From Eledone cirrhosa (lineage: Eukaryota), in contig OZ024742.1 in the NCBI GenBank assembly GCA_964016885.1, positions 26,102,001 to 26,166,000 of the forward strand: a DNA stretch of 64,000 nt, written 5' to 3'. The position numbers were made by a program, and so were the translations under genes. Below are positions 15,041 through 28,360 of this stretch, one piece after another. The notes beneath the pieces were generated by a model. The model saw only the letters and a program-made list of their open reading frames with translations, did not search any database and was not told the DNA's origin. The stretch's first letter is position 1; the number at the start of each line of letters is the position of its first letter.

Positions 15041-15368
15041 TAATGGAGTGGTATATTGTCGGTGGAGCTTGGGTGTTGTACTCCCAACCCCACGAAACCG
15101 AAGTAAGAACCAATCTGATGAGCCTCTGGACTCGAGTCAGACTTTAACCTGTAATGGAGTGGTATACTGTCGGTGGAGCTTGGGTGTTGTACTCCCAACG
15201 CCACGAAACCGAAGTAAGAACCAATCTGATGAGCCTCTGGACTCGAGTCAGACTTTAACCTGTAATGGAGTGGTATAATGTCGGTGGAGCTTGGGTGTTG
15301 TACTCCCAACGCCATGAAACTGAAGTAAGAACCAATCTGATGAGCCTCTGGACTCGAGTCAGACTTTA
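15030..15368 (+). repeat. Three tandem 111-bp near-identical units at the SINE tail
   Basis: 'actttaacctgtaatggagtgg..ccaatctgatgagcctctggactcgagtcag' x3; explains the 37-aa repeat in ORF 14914-15417. Confidence 0.95.
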
Positions 15369-15762
15369 TATTTCTTAGAAAGGTCTCAAATGACTGGAAT
15401 CTTGGCAGATTCATCACATTTAATAAGAAATAACTTTATGTGCCACCAAGTAGTATACTTTTCACACCGCAAGTCAAAAATATAGTTATTTAAATCGAAA
15501 AGGATATTTGACATTTTATATCATCCAGAAATAATATATATATATATATAAATTACAACTAATTAAAACGCATTCTCACACTCTTTCTCTTCATTTCTCT
15601 CTCCCTTCTCTCTTTCTCTCCAATATATGTCTGCATATCTATGACTGTTATTCTTTCTTTCCACCACTATGTTTCTCATTTGATAAATTGCTTACTCTCT
15701 CTCTTTCTCTCTCTTACCCTCTCTTTCTCTCTATCTTCCTCTCTCTCTATCTCTTTCTTTCT

Positions 15763-15886
<124 letters not shown>

Positions 15887-16040
15887 TGAGAGTAATTAAA
15901 AAGTCACAAATAAACGAATATAGATATCGGAAAATTAATTCAATATCCTTATTTCTGATACGCAATATCGCTAATTCTAATTATACATCAGGCTAATATC
16001 GTTATCATAACTGTCATCTCATATATTCACCCATATATAT

Positions 16041-16107
<67 letters not shown>

Positions 16108-16269
16108 TATATGCACACGCACAAGATGTCTATATCCGATAGACGATAAAAGAAAGTAATTTTAATTGGTAGTTAATTCCCGAAATAAAAGAAAATTAAT
16201 TGAACGATACAAAGTTATAATCCCTGTATTAATTACACCTTCTACCACACCTGTATTGTATTGTTTGTT

Positions 16270-19200
16270 GTTGTTTAACGACACCTACGTGTTATTGGAG
16301 CTGCTGCAGTTGGTGGTGGTTGTGGAGCTGCTGGGATGGCGGCCTTGGTGTTGGTGGTGTTTGACGTTTGTTGGTGGTGTTGATGATGTTGTTGGCGAAG
16401 ATGGAGGTGGTGTTTGTTATGTTGGTGGTAGTGTTGGTGGTTGTGGTGGAGCTTGTGTTGACGGTAGTGTTGGTGGTGGTGGTGGAGCTGCTGGTGATGG
16501 CGGCGGTGGTTGTGGTGGATGTTGCGGTGGTGGTGGTGGTGTCTGACGTTTGTTGGTGGTGCTGTTGGTGGTTTTATGGCGAAGATGGTGGTGGTGGCGG
16601 TTATTGTTGCGTTGACGGTAGCGTTGATGGTTGTAGCAGTGCTTGTGTTGGTGGTAGTGTTGGTGGTGGTGGTTGTGGTGCTTGTGTTGACGGTAGTGTT
16701 GGTGGTGGTGTTGGAGCTGCTGGTGGTGGTGGCGGTGGTTGTGGTGGATGTTGCGGTGGTGGTGGTGGTGTTGACGGTAGTGTGGGTGGTGGTGGTGGTG
16801 GTGCTTGTGTTGACCATAGTGTTGATGGTGGTGGTGGAGCTGCGGGTGCTGGTGGCGGTGGTTGTGGTGGATGTTGCGGTGGTGGTGGTGGTGTTGACGG
16901 TAGTGTGGGTGGTAGTGGTGGTGGTGCTTGTGTTGACCATAGTGTTGATGGTGGTGGTGGAGCTGCGGGTGGTGGTGGCGGTGGTTGTGGTGGATGTTGC
17001 GGTGGTGGTGGTGATGTTGACGGTAGTGTGGGTGGTGGTGGTGGTGTGCTTGTGTTGACCATAGTGTTGATGGTGGTGGTGGAGCTGCGGGTGGTGGTGG
17101 TGGTGGTTGTGGTGGATGTTGCGGTGGTGGTGATGGTGATTGTTGCGTTGACGGTAGCGTTGATGTTTGTAGCAGTGCTTGTGTGGGTGGTGGTGGTGGT
17201 GGTGGTTGTGTTGGCGGTAGTGTTGGTGGTGGTGGTAGTGGTGCTTGTGTTGATGGTAGTGTTGGTGATTGTGGTGGGGGTGGTGTCTGTTGTGTTGGCG
17301 GTAGTATTGGTGATTGTGGTGGGGGTGGTGTCTGTTGTGTTGGCGGTAGTATTGGTGATTGTGGTGGGGGTGGTGACTGTTGTGTTGGCGGTAGTATTGG
17401 TGATTGTGGTGGGGGTGGTGTCTGTTGTGTTGGCGGTAGTATTGGTGGTTGTGTTGGTGGTGGTATCTGTTGTGTTGGCGGTAGTATTGGTGGTTGTGGT
17501 GGTTGTGATGTCTGTTGTGTTGGCGGTAGTATTGGTGGTTGTGGTGGTTGTGATGTCTGTTGTGTTGGCGGTAGTATTGGTGATTGTGGTGGGGTGGTGT
17601 CTGTTGTGTTGGCGGTAGTATTGGTGGTTGTGGTGGTTGTGATGTCTGTTGTGTTGGCGGTAGTATTGGTGATTGTGGTGGGGTGGTGTCTGTTGTGTTG
17701 GCGGTAGTATTGGTGGTTGTGGTGGTTGTGATGTCTGTTGTGTTGGCGGTAGTATTGGTGATTGTGGTGGGGGTGGTGTCTGTTGTGTTGGCGGTAGTAT
17801 TGGTGGTTGTGGTGGGGGTGGTGTCTGTTGTGTTGGCGGTAGTATTGGTGATTGTGGTGGGGGTGGTGTCTGTTGTGTTGGCGGTAGTATTGGTGATTGT
17901 GGTGGGGGTGGTGTCTGTTGTGTTGGCGGTTGTATTGGTGATTGTGGTGGGGGTGGTGTGTTGTGGTGGCGGTAGTATTGGTGGTTGTGGTGGTGGTGGT
18001 ATCTGTTGTGTTGGCGGTAGTATTGGTGGTTGTGGTAGGGGTGGTGTCTGTTGTCTTGGCGGTAGTGTTGGTGATTGTGGTGGGGGTGGTGTCTGTTGTG
18101 TTGGCGGTAGTATTGGTGATTGTGGTGGGGGTGGTATCTGTTGTGTTGGCGGTAGTATTGGTGGTTGTGGTGGGGGTGGTGTCTGTTGTCTTGGCGGTAG
18201 TATTGGTGATTGTGGTGGGGGTGGTGTCTGTTGTGTTGGCGGTAGTATTGGTGATTGTGGTGGGGGTGGTGTCTGTTGTCTTGGCGGTAGTATTGGTGGT
18301 TGTGGTGGGGGTGGTGTCTGTTGTCTTGGCGGTAGTGTTGGTGATTGTGGTGGGGGTGGTGTCTGTTGTGTTGGCGGTAGTGTTGGTGATTGTGGTGGGG
18401 GTGGTGTCTGTTGTGTTGGCGGTAGTATTGGTGATTGTGGTGGGGCTGCTGTCTGTTGTGTTGGCGGTAGTATTGGTGGTTGTGGTGGGGCTGCTGTCTG
18501 TTGTGTTGGCTGTAGTATTGGTGGTTGTGGTGGTGGTGGTGGTGGGGGGGGGTGTATGTTGTGTGGGCGGTAGTGTTGGTGATTGTGGTGGTTGTGCTGT
18601 CTGTTGTGTTGGCGGTAGTATTGGTGGTTGTGGTGGGGGTGGTGTATGTTGTATGGGCGGTAGTATTGGTGATTGTGGTGGTTGTGCTGTCTGTTGTGTT
18701 GGCGGTAGTATTGGTGGTTGTGGTGGGGGTGGTGTATGTTGTGTGGGCGGTAGTATTGGTGGTTGGGGTGGGGGTGGTGTCTGTTGTGTTGGCGGTAGTA
18801 TTGGTGATTGTGGTGGGACTGCTGTCTGTTGTGTTGGCGGTAGTATTGGTGGTTGTGTTGGTGGTGGCGGGGGGGGGGTGTATGTTGTGTTGGCGGTAGT
18901 GTTGGTGATTGTGGTGGCGGTGGTGTCTGTTGTGTTGGCGGTAGTATTGGTGGTTGTTGTTGGGGTGGTGTATGTTGTGTGGGCGGTAGTATTGTTGATT
19001 GTGGTGGGGCTGCTGTCTGTTGTGTTGGCGGTAGTACTGGTGGTTGTGGTGGTCGGGGGGGGGGGGTATGTTGTGTTGGCGGTAGTGTTGGTGATTGTGG
19101 TGGGGGTGGTGTCTGTTGTGTTGGCGGTAGTATTGGTGGTTGTGGTGGTGGTGGTATCTGTTGTGTTGGCGGTAGTGTTGGTGGTTATGGTGGGGGTGGT

Positions 19201-21780
19201 GTCTGTTGTTTTGGCGGTAGTATTGGTGGTTGTGGTGGTTTGGTTGTGGTGTCTGTTGTGTTGGCGGTAGTGTTGGTGATTGTGGTGGGGGTGGTGTCTG
19301 TTGTGTTGGCGGTAGTATTGGTGATTGTGGTGGCGGTGGTGTCTGTTGTGTTGGCGGTAGTATTGGTGGTTGTGGTGGGGGTGGTGCCTTTTGATTTGGC
19401 GGTAGTGTTGGTGATTGTGTTGGGGGTGGTGTCTGTTGTGTTGGCGGTAGTATTGGTGATTGTCGTGGGGGTGGTTTCTGTTGTGTTGGCGGTAGTGTTG
19501 GTGATTGTGGTGGTGGTGGTGTCTACTGTGTTGGCGGTAGTATTGGTGGTTGTGGTGGGGGTGGTGTCTGTTGTGTTGGCGGTAGTATTGGTGATTGTGG
19601 TGGGGGTGGTGTCTGTTGTGTTGGCGGTAGTATTGGTGGTTGTGTTGGTGGTGGTGGTGGGGGGGGTGCGTGTCTGTTGTGTTGGCGGTAGTATTGGTGA
19701 TTGTGGTGGGGGTGGTTTCTGTTGTGTTGGCGGTAGTATTGGTGATTGTGATGGGGGCGGTCTCTGTTGTGTTGGCGGTAGTGGTGGTGATTGTGGTGGG
19801 GGTGGTGTATGTTGTGTTGGCGGTAGTGTTGGTGGTTGTGGTGGGGGTGGTGTTTGTTGTGTTGGCGGTAGTGTTGGTGATTGTGGTGGGGGTGGTGTAC
19901 GTTGTGTTGGCGGTAGTGTTGGTGATTGTGGTGGGGGTGGTGTATGTTGTGTTGGCGGTAGTGTCGGTGGTTGTGGTGGTGGTGGTGTCTTTTGTGTTGG
20001 CGATAGTGTCGGTGGTTGTGTTGGTGGTGGTGTCTGTTTTGTTGGCCGTAGTATTGGTGATTGTGGTGGGGGTGGTGTCTGTTGTGTTGGCGGTAGTGTT
20101 GGTGATTGTGGTGGTGTCTGTTATGTTGGCGGTAGTATTGGTGATTGTGGTGGTGGGGGGGGGGGGGGTGACTGTTGTGTTGGCGGTAGTGTTGGTGATT
20201 GTGGTTGTGGTGGTGCTTGTGTTGGCGGTAGTGTTGGTGGTTGTGGTGGTTATGTTGGTGCTTGTGTTGGCAATAGTGTTGGTGGTTTTGGTGGTTGTGG
20301 TGGTGCTTGTGTTGGCGGTAGTGTTGGTGGTTGTGGTGGTTGTGGTGGTACTTGTGTTGGCGGTGCTGTTGGTGATTGTGGTTGTGGTGGTGCTTGTGTT
20401 GGCGGTAGTGTTGGTGGTTGTGGTGGTTATGTTGGTGCTTGTGTTGGCAATAGTGTTGGTGGTTTTGGTGGTTGTGGTGGTGCTTGTGTTGGAGGTAGTG
20501 TTCGTGGTTGTGATGGTTGTGGTGGTGCTTGTGTTGGTAATAGTGTTGGTGGTTGTGGTGGTTGTGGTGGTGCTTGTGTTGGCGGTAGTGTTGGTGGTTG
20601 TGGTGGTTGTGGTGGTGCTTGTGTTGGCGGTAGTGTTGGTGGTTGTGGTGGTTCTGGTGGTGCTTGTGTTGGCGGTAGTGTTGGTGGTTGTGGTGGTTGT
20701 GGTGGTGCTTGTGTTGGCGGTAGTGTTGGTGGTTGTGGTGGTTGTGGTAGTGCTTGTGTTGGCGGTGCTGTTGGTGGTTGTGGTGGTTGTTGTGGTGCTT
20801 GTGTTGGAGGTAGTGTTGGTGGTTGTGATGGTTGTGGTGGTGCTTGTGTTGGCAATAGTGTTGGTGGTTGTGGTGGTTGTGGTGGTGCTTGTGTTGGCGG
20901 TAGTGTTGATGGTTGTGGTGGTTGTGGTGGTTGTGGTGGTTGTGGTGGTGCTTGTGTTGGCGGTAGTGTTGGTGGTTGTGGTGGTTGTGGTGGTGCTTGT
21001 GTTGGCGGTAGTGTTGGTGGTTGTGTGGTTGTGGTGGTTGTGGTGGTGCTTGTGTTGGCGGTGGTGTTGGTGGTTGTGGTGGTTGTGGTGGTGCTTGTGT
21101 TGGCGGTAGTGTTGGTGGTTGTGGTGGTTGTGGTGGTGCTTGTGTTGGCGGTAGTGTTGATGGTTGTGGTGGTTGTGGTGGTTGTGGTGGTTGTGGTGGT
21201 GCTTGTGTTGGCGGTAGTGTTGGTGGTTGTGGTGGTTGTGGTGGTGCTTGTGTTGGCGGTTGTGTTGGTGATTGAGGTGGTTGTGGTGGTTGTGGTGGTG
21301 CTTGTGTTGGCGGTAGTGTTGGTGCTTGTGTTGGCGGTAGTGTTGGTGGTTGTGTGGTTGTGGTGGTGCTTGTGTTGGCGGTAGTGTTGGTGCTTGTGTT
21401 GGCGGTAGTGTTGGTGGTTGTGTGGTTGTGGTGGTGCTTGTGTTGGCGGTAGTATTGGTGGTTGGGGTGGTTGTGGTGGTGCTTGAGTTGGCGGTAGTGT
21501 TGGTGGTTGTGGTGGTTGTGATGGTTGTGGTGGTGCTTGTGTTGGCGGTAGTGTTGGTGGTTGTTGTGTTGGTGGTTGTTGTATTGGTGGTGTGTTGTGT
21601 TGGTGGTTGTTGTGTTGGTGGTGTGTTGTGTTGGTGGTTGTTGTGTTGGTGGTGTGTTGTATTGGTGGTGTGTTGTATTGGTGGTGTGTTGTGTTGGTGG
21701 TTGTTGTGTTGGTGGTGTGTTGTGTTGGTGGTATTTGTGTGGAGGATGTTGTGGATGGTGATGGCGTTTGTTGAGTAGAT
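16270..21780 (-). repeat. GGT-rich coding-like minisatellite: ~123-bp units (16690-17120), 45-bp units (17270-21550), 15-16-bp units (21560-21730)
   Basis: - strand Pro frame gives [15 protein letters not shown] (17.3-20.1 kb) and [15 protein letters not shown] (20.2-21.5 kb); frame jumps occur mostly at G-runs or unit joins. Confidence 0.9.
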
Positions 21781-22272
21781 GGTGGTGGGATTGCTGCTGC
21801 TGAAGATGATGACGATTTGTGATGTTGGTGGTTGTGTGTTGGGTGTAGTAGATGTTGAAGGTGGTGATACGGCTGTTGTGCTGCTGTGGGTTTAGTGTCA
21901 GTGGTTCACATGGAAGGATGTTGACATTGATTGTGGATGTAGTGTGGTTGATACGGATGAACTTCATGCTGATGCTGTGGTGTTGATGGTGACGATCTTT
22001 ATGGTGCTGGTGATGTTGGCGTAGGTGTTGGAAGTAGGAGTGTTGATGCTGATGCTGATGGTGGTGGTGTTGGTGGGTTTGGGGTTAGTGTAAGTGAGGC
22101 TGAGGATGTTGGCATAGGAGGTGATACGAGTGTTGTTGATGATTTTCATGGTGTTGATCGTGTTTGTGGTTGTAGTGTTGGTGATGTTGGCGTAGATGGT
22201 GATATTATTGATGATGATGATTATGGTGTTGGTAGTTGTGTTCGTGATGTTGTTGGTGATTGTGGTGTAGGG

Positions 22273-22612
22273 CAGGCATGTCAGACTGAGGGCCCTGAGG
22301 GCCTCATGTGACATATATGTGGTTTCTGAGGGACACACATGACAACTAATTGCGCAGATTACAACTAATTTTGTATATTTTATATTACTTGGTTTTACAT
22401 TTGGCACAAGGTCAGCAATTCACCAGTGTATTACTGGTACTTTATTTTATCGACCCCGAAAGGATGAAAGGCAAAGTTAACTTCGGCGGGATTTGTATAT
22501 ATTTTATATTACGAAAATAAAACATGCTCGCGTTGTAAAAACCTTTGTGTGGGGCGCAGATGTACTTGTAAAGGGCCGCATAAGGTCCGCGTGCCTCATG
22601 CGGCCCTGCCTA
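22273..22612. mobile_element. hAT-type MITE with 8-bp TSD GTGTAGGG and a nested SINE fragment (22398-22495)
   Basis: TSD at 22265-22272 and 22613-22620; ends caggcatgtcagact.. / ..atgcggccctgccta; gggccgcat-type subterminal motifs. Confidence 0.8.
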
Positions 22613-22846
22613 GTGTAGGGGATGTTAGCGGAGTGGGTTGTGAACGTGGCGATAGTGGTTCTCTTGGTGATATAGTTCGTGTCAGACAGTAATTCTGGTG
22701 ATGTTGGCGTAGTGCTGTTGGTGGTGGTGATGGTGATGGTGGTGTGGGTGTTTGAGGTAATTCTAATAATATTCTATACAGCTGTAGCACTTTGTCAATC
22801 TAGTTAGTAAAGAAACATAACAGTTTAAGTAATATCACTCTTTATT

Positions 22847-22847
<1 letters not shown>

Positions 22848-22923
<76 letters not shown>

Positions 22924-22974
22924 GGTGGTGGTGGTGGTGGTGGTGGTGGTGGTGGTGGTGGTGGTGGTGGTGGT

Positions 22975-23038
<64 letters not shown>

Positions 23039-23078
23039 GAGTAGTAGTAGTAGTACTAGTAGTAGTAGCAGTGGTAGT
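22848..23078. repeat. Compound (TAG)n-(TGG)n-(TAG)n microsatellite
   Basis: Direct reading. Confidence 0.95.
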
Positions 23079-23810
23079 TTTCTCGCTTCATTTTCTTAAT
23101 TAATTTTCAAGAATTATAATCTATTATACATCGTTGGCTGTTATTTTCACATCTTATTGTAAACTTAGTGAATAATTGATAAATTGTTGAAATCAAATCT
23201 GATAGAAATATGACAAAAGGTTAGGAAATTAAACTCATTTGTCTATCTCTTTCTTCCCCTCTCCCCCTCTTTCTACCCCTCTCCCCCTCTATCTCTTATC
23301 TTTCTCTCTATATGTCAAACATTCTAATTATTTATCACAAAATAAATTAATGTGTGTTAAATATATAATGAACAGTTTACAGCTCAAATTAAAAGTACAT
23401 TAAATTTTGTTACAATATATTTCATCCTCGGTTTCCGATGTAATTTTTCTATATGTTGATTCCTTTGTTACTGTGGTAAAGATGTAGTGTTGTATCCTTA
23501 GGTCAGTCGTAAGCGAACACACGCACTAACGAGAAGATGAAGGTGGGGGATGCGAACAGGTTACAAAACTGTTTAAAGACCTTTTCTTGAACTGCTTTGC
23601 AAATTCTGATAGAATAGAGAGTCCTTCTGCGTATGAATATATATATATATATATATATGAGAAAGTATGACCCCCGACGGCAGAGTTCATGCCGTTGCGA
23701 GGGCTATTTCTGGACTAAAGTTACCTACTCTACTACCCTAAGTATTGAGTACTCTGGTGCGTTATGGTCCATCTGATTCCTTACCACAACTCCTCCGTTA
23801 TATATATATA

Positions 23811-24423
<613 letters not shown>

Positions 24424-24425
24424 AA

Positions 24426-26247
24426 TCTATTAAGGATTCTAATGCCGTGCACGTCCATTCCGACAAAGCTGACAACCTATATCAAGTGGAGCGCAGTACT
24501 TACCATCAACTACTACATAATGCTGTAACTAAGGATTACTGTAAAACTAATCGGTGCGTCATCAGTGAAATCAACTATGATGGGTTTAAAATCACCCCTG
24601 ATCTCAACATCCTGGACCGGACCGAACCTCTGGACCCTATTTCTCCCCACCTTGCCCTGAAGGATCACAAATCCAATTTTCCGAACAACCCCTCTATTCC
24701 GCTTATTAACCCTACGAAGTCCGATTTAGGTAGACTTAGTAAAAGGGTTCTTGATAGAATTATACCTGAAATTAGAAGTTTGGCCCCTCTTGCACTGTGG
24801 AACAATTCTTTCGCGGTGATTGATTGGTTCAACGGCATATGCAACAAGGAACATTGCCGTTTCATCCAATTCGACATCAACAATTACTACTCCTCCATCA
24901 CTTTACCACTTCTCCTTAGAGCTGTCAATTTCGCTAAAACACTCACAGTGGTTACGGATTTCGAAGTTGATGTCATCCGCAATGCCCGTAAGTCGGTGAT
25001 TAATTTCAACGACTCTATTTGGATTAATAAATCCAATAGTACCCCATTCGACGTGAGTATGGGCGCTAGTGATTCTGCGGAGGTTACTGATCTTATCGGC
25101 CTTTTCCTTCTTTTCTCTGTCAAGGACGAAATCCCCAACGCGGGCGGTGGTTTGTACCGTGATGATGGTCTTTTGACCATGACTAAGTGCGGACCTCGTG
25201 CTTGCGACAGGTTCAGAAAAGAACTCACAGCTTTCTTTAAAGGCTTCAACCTCTCTATACAGGTTGAGGCCAATCTCTCGGTCGTTAATTACCTCGACGT
25301 TACCCTCAATTTATCGAATGGGTTGTATTACCGGTATAGAAAGCCGAATGATACGCTTAATTACATAAGTAAGCATTCCAACCATCCTGCCAGCATAACA
25401 ACGAACCTAGTAAGAAAGGTTTCGTTGAGGCTTTCCCGTCTATCTACTAACGAGCATATTTTCAATGACCATTCCACTTATTACAATGAAGCTCTTGCTC
25501 GGAGTGGATTTGTCGATAAGATAGCATATACAGAGTACGAAAATAGACCTAGAGTAATAGATCCCATCGCATTTGTTGGTATAACCCACCATATAATATG
25601 TAGGTGGCCACACCATTAGTTAAGATCTTTCTTTCCCTTATTACGAAGCATTTTCCCCCTACACATCAATATAGTAAAATGTTTAATAGAAATACTATTA
25701 AAATTTCTTACTCTACGACTCCTAACCTTGCAGATCAAATCACAGCTTCAAATTTAGCTAAACTACCTAGCCGTAGGAAAACGTGCAGCCCTGTAGTTAG
25801 TACTCACTGTAATTGTAGGAATTGGGTTGATTGCCCCCTATCCGGGAAATGCCTCTCTAGTAACATTGTCTACAAATGTAAGGTTGTAACACCCACGTCC
25901 CGTAGGGCCTACATAGTGTTAACCGCCAATAGATTCAAGCAACGTCTTTACATGCATACCCATTCTTTTCGTTACCCTCTTAGAAGAAATATGCCGTCAC
26001 TTTCAGCTTATATCTGGAGTCTAAAAGACAACCACACCCAATTTAAGTTACACTGGGAGATCCTAGCTAGGGCTAGATAGTAAACGGAAATAAAAGACCA
26101 TGTGACCTCTGCGCCGCTGAGGCCCTGGAAATATTCTACGCCACAAACCACATCTTAAACAAAAAATCTGAGGCAATTTCGGCTTGTAAACATAAATTGC
26201 AGAAAACTTTCCTGTATTACAGCCATACATTATACCCTAACGGATAG
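24426..26247 (+). pseudogene. Naiad-type Penelope-like RT + GIY-YIG, 5' truncated and frameshifted
   Basis: SDKADNLY, LKDHKSNF..PLINPTKSDLG, QFDINNYYSSI, FDVSMGA, GLYRDDGL, NYLDVTL, SNHP, CNCRNWVDCPLSGKCL, IVYKCKV..AYI, LSAYIWSLKD, CDLCAAE..LNKKSEAISACKH; frameshifts near 25560-25610 and 26080. Confidence 0.93.
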
Positions 26248-27220
26248 TACGATCTATACGTGGATTTTTTACGTCTTGATGTGGTAGCTAAGTGTATGTT
26301 TTGTTTATACCATTACTTATTTGCATAGGTAAGTATATATTACCTGTATGTTTTGTGAAGGTACCTATACTTTCTCATACGTATATTTGATTGATTATGT
26401 TGTGGCGTATACATTTTTTGATATTTTCTGGTACATATGGTTTGGTTATGTGTATAGGGCAGTTTTGCGTCTGTGTGAGTATGCAGGTTCGTACGTATGT
26501 AGGGTGTGTGTATATGTGTACTACATGTTTTGGCTGACTTACGTCTTCGAACATATGTCTATTTACATGTAGGTATGTGGGTGCGTTTGTTATATACGTA
26601 TTTATTTATTTATATACGTTTATTTAATTATTTATTTGTATACACGCACGCACACACACACATTTATATGTGCGTGGTTTTGTATACCTTTGGCAAGTGT
26701 TTTGCGTATGCTTGTGTATGTACGTATTTGTCTGTGTGTATGCATTTATTTATTTCTATTACCCCTGTATTGTATTTATTTACTTTGCATTTGTTCTCCA
26801 CGCTCCACATATGACGTATTATCTTCGTTTTTTCCGTTCGTTGCCAGAGAACGTCTCTATGAACCACCTAAGAGAACATTAGTCTGCATTTGCGCGTAAT
26901 TGTTTTTCACCGCTCCTATTAATGACGTATTATATTTGTTTGTTCCCGTTCTTTGCCAGCGAAGGTTTCCACGAACCAAAGTATCGTCTTCCTGTCTTTC
27001 TTCGGTTGCAACGTTTTTTTAAATATCCACTTCTGCGTTTACAGATTGACTTTGTTAGTTTCAGAAGATCCCGTTAAGGGTGAAAGCAGCGATTCTTTGC
27101 TTAAACTTTAATCTGTTATTTTAATAAATATTTGCTCTACGGTTCTTATATATTTGATATATATTTATCCTTATCGAGCCCTCTTTGGATTTTAGTCTTC
27201 AAATTTATTATTATTACTGT
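26248..27220 (+). mobile_element. 3' UTR / pseudo-LTR of the Naiad-type PLE
   Basis: GT/AT-rich UTR followed by the segment duplicated in inverted form at 23913-24423; ends at (TA)n. Confidence 0.85.
27057..27107 (+). ncRNA. Variant hammerhead motif (A at position 4, U10.1-U11.1); identical inverted copy at 23930-23980
   Basis: agttt-CAGAAGA-t-ccc/gttaa/ggg-t-GAA-agca/gcgattctt/tgct-T-aaact. Confidence 0.6.
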
Positions 27221-28122
27221 ATATATATATATATATATAGGAAAAGCGTCAGGACTCCGACGGGTTAGGTCCGGCCTTTTCGACAGCTAGTATCGAGTAC
27301 TGTGGTGCGTTATGGTCCACCTGGTTCCTTACCACACTCCCTTCGTTATATATATATATATATTTGTACCGTCCTATATTGTCCTGTACTGTCCTCAATG
27401 TCTACTTTGTGTAAACCCTTGTGGTTCATGAAGAAAGCATTATAATGAGGGATATGGGCTGGAGAATCGTTAGAGCCTAGGAGAATGCTTTGTATCCTTC
27501 AAGAACATATATTTCTCTTCGCAATTTATCCCGCCATGATCGAATTTGACTTTCATGCTTCGGAGGTTAATAAAGTATTAGTACCAATCAAATACTACGA
27601 TCGATAAATTTGATTTTCCCCTTATCTCAGATTACTGGTCTTGTTCCTATGTTAAAAAGAATTAGTATTAATTTCATCATCATCATCATCATCAACAGCA
27701 GCAGCAACGGTAGCAGCACTAAGCCTGGATTATTATTATTTATGCAGAAAGATGTCTCTTCAATCTCTCCACTTTCACCTGCAATATTTATTTTCTCTAA
27801 CGCAACTATACTATTTACTGCAGCATGTATAAAAAATGCGTGTGTGTGTGTATATGTGTGTGAGGGAGAAAGAAAGAGTAAGATGTTTAGAGAGAGAAAG
27901 AGAGAACATGCACAGTGTAAGGGAGCACGTGAGAGATAGAGTGTGTGTGTATAAGAGGGTTAGAGAGGGAGAGAATGTGTGCCAGCGTAAAAGAGAACGT
28001 GTGAAAGAGCGCGAGTGAATAGGAGATAGATCTTAATTTTTTTTATGCAGCCTTTTTATAAAATGAAAGGGAAATATTGTTCTTTGCAGTTTGTCTGTAG
28101 TTTCATGTTAGGGACTATTTTA

Positions 28123-28360
28123 CTAATAGCTAGAGGATGGTGGTGACAATTGTGGTGGGTGATTGCCGTATTGTTGTGGCAGCGAGCTTGTGTCTTCTTC
28201 TTCTTCTTCTTCTTCTTCTTCTTCTTCTTCTTCTTCTTCTTCTTCTTCGTCCTTTTCAGATAAGGAGGAAATAAAACACCAAGGACTTCTGTATTGGGTT
28301 ACAATTACACAAACAGTAGCAATATCTCCAGCACCTACAACACCAATACCAACACGATCT
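28123..28360 (-). other. Possible exon remnant with a hydrophobic segment and poly-Glu
   Basis: 'ttaatttcctatattatcag' acceptor, then DRVGIGVVGAGDIATVCVIVTQYRSPWCFISSLSEKD(E)nDTSSLPQQYGNHPPQLSPPSSSY*. Confidence 0.25.

Larger units (their letters stand above)
16270..22799 (-). pseudogene. Probable disrupted giant Pro/Thr/Ser-rich exon (mucin/extensin-like low complexity)
   Basis: Acceptor-like 'gtttctttactaactag' before 22799; IDKVLQLYRILLELPQTPTPPSPSPPP.. continues in frame as PQSPTTSRTQLPTP once the MITE is removed; several stops at 21.9-22.2 kb. Confidence 0.4.

Noticed and set aside
15090-15350. HHR or CRISPR-like array in the 111-bp repeats
   Set aside because: Core words are present but stems I and II do not pair; there are no unique spacers; context is eukaryotic.
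18853-21384. 843-aa Gly/Cys keratin-associated-like CDS on +
   Set aside because: A by-product of a stop-poor repeat; no credible start, signal peptide or flanking unique coding sequence on +.
22760-22799. LTKCYSC resembling a Ly6/three-finger N-terminus
   Set aside because: Stop four codons later; no further Cys pattern.
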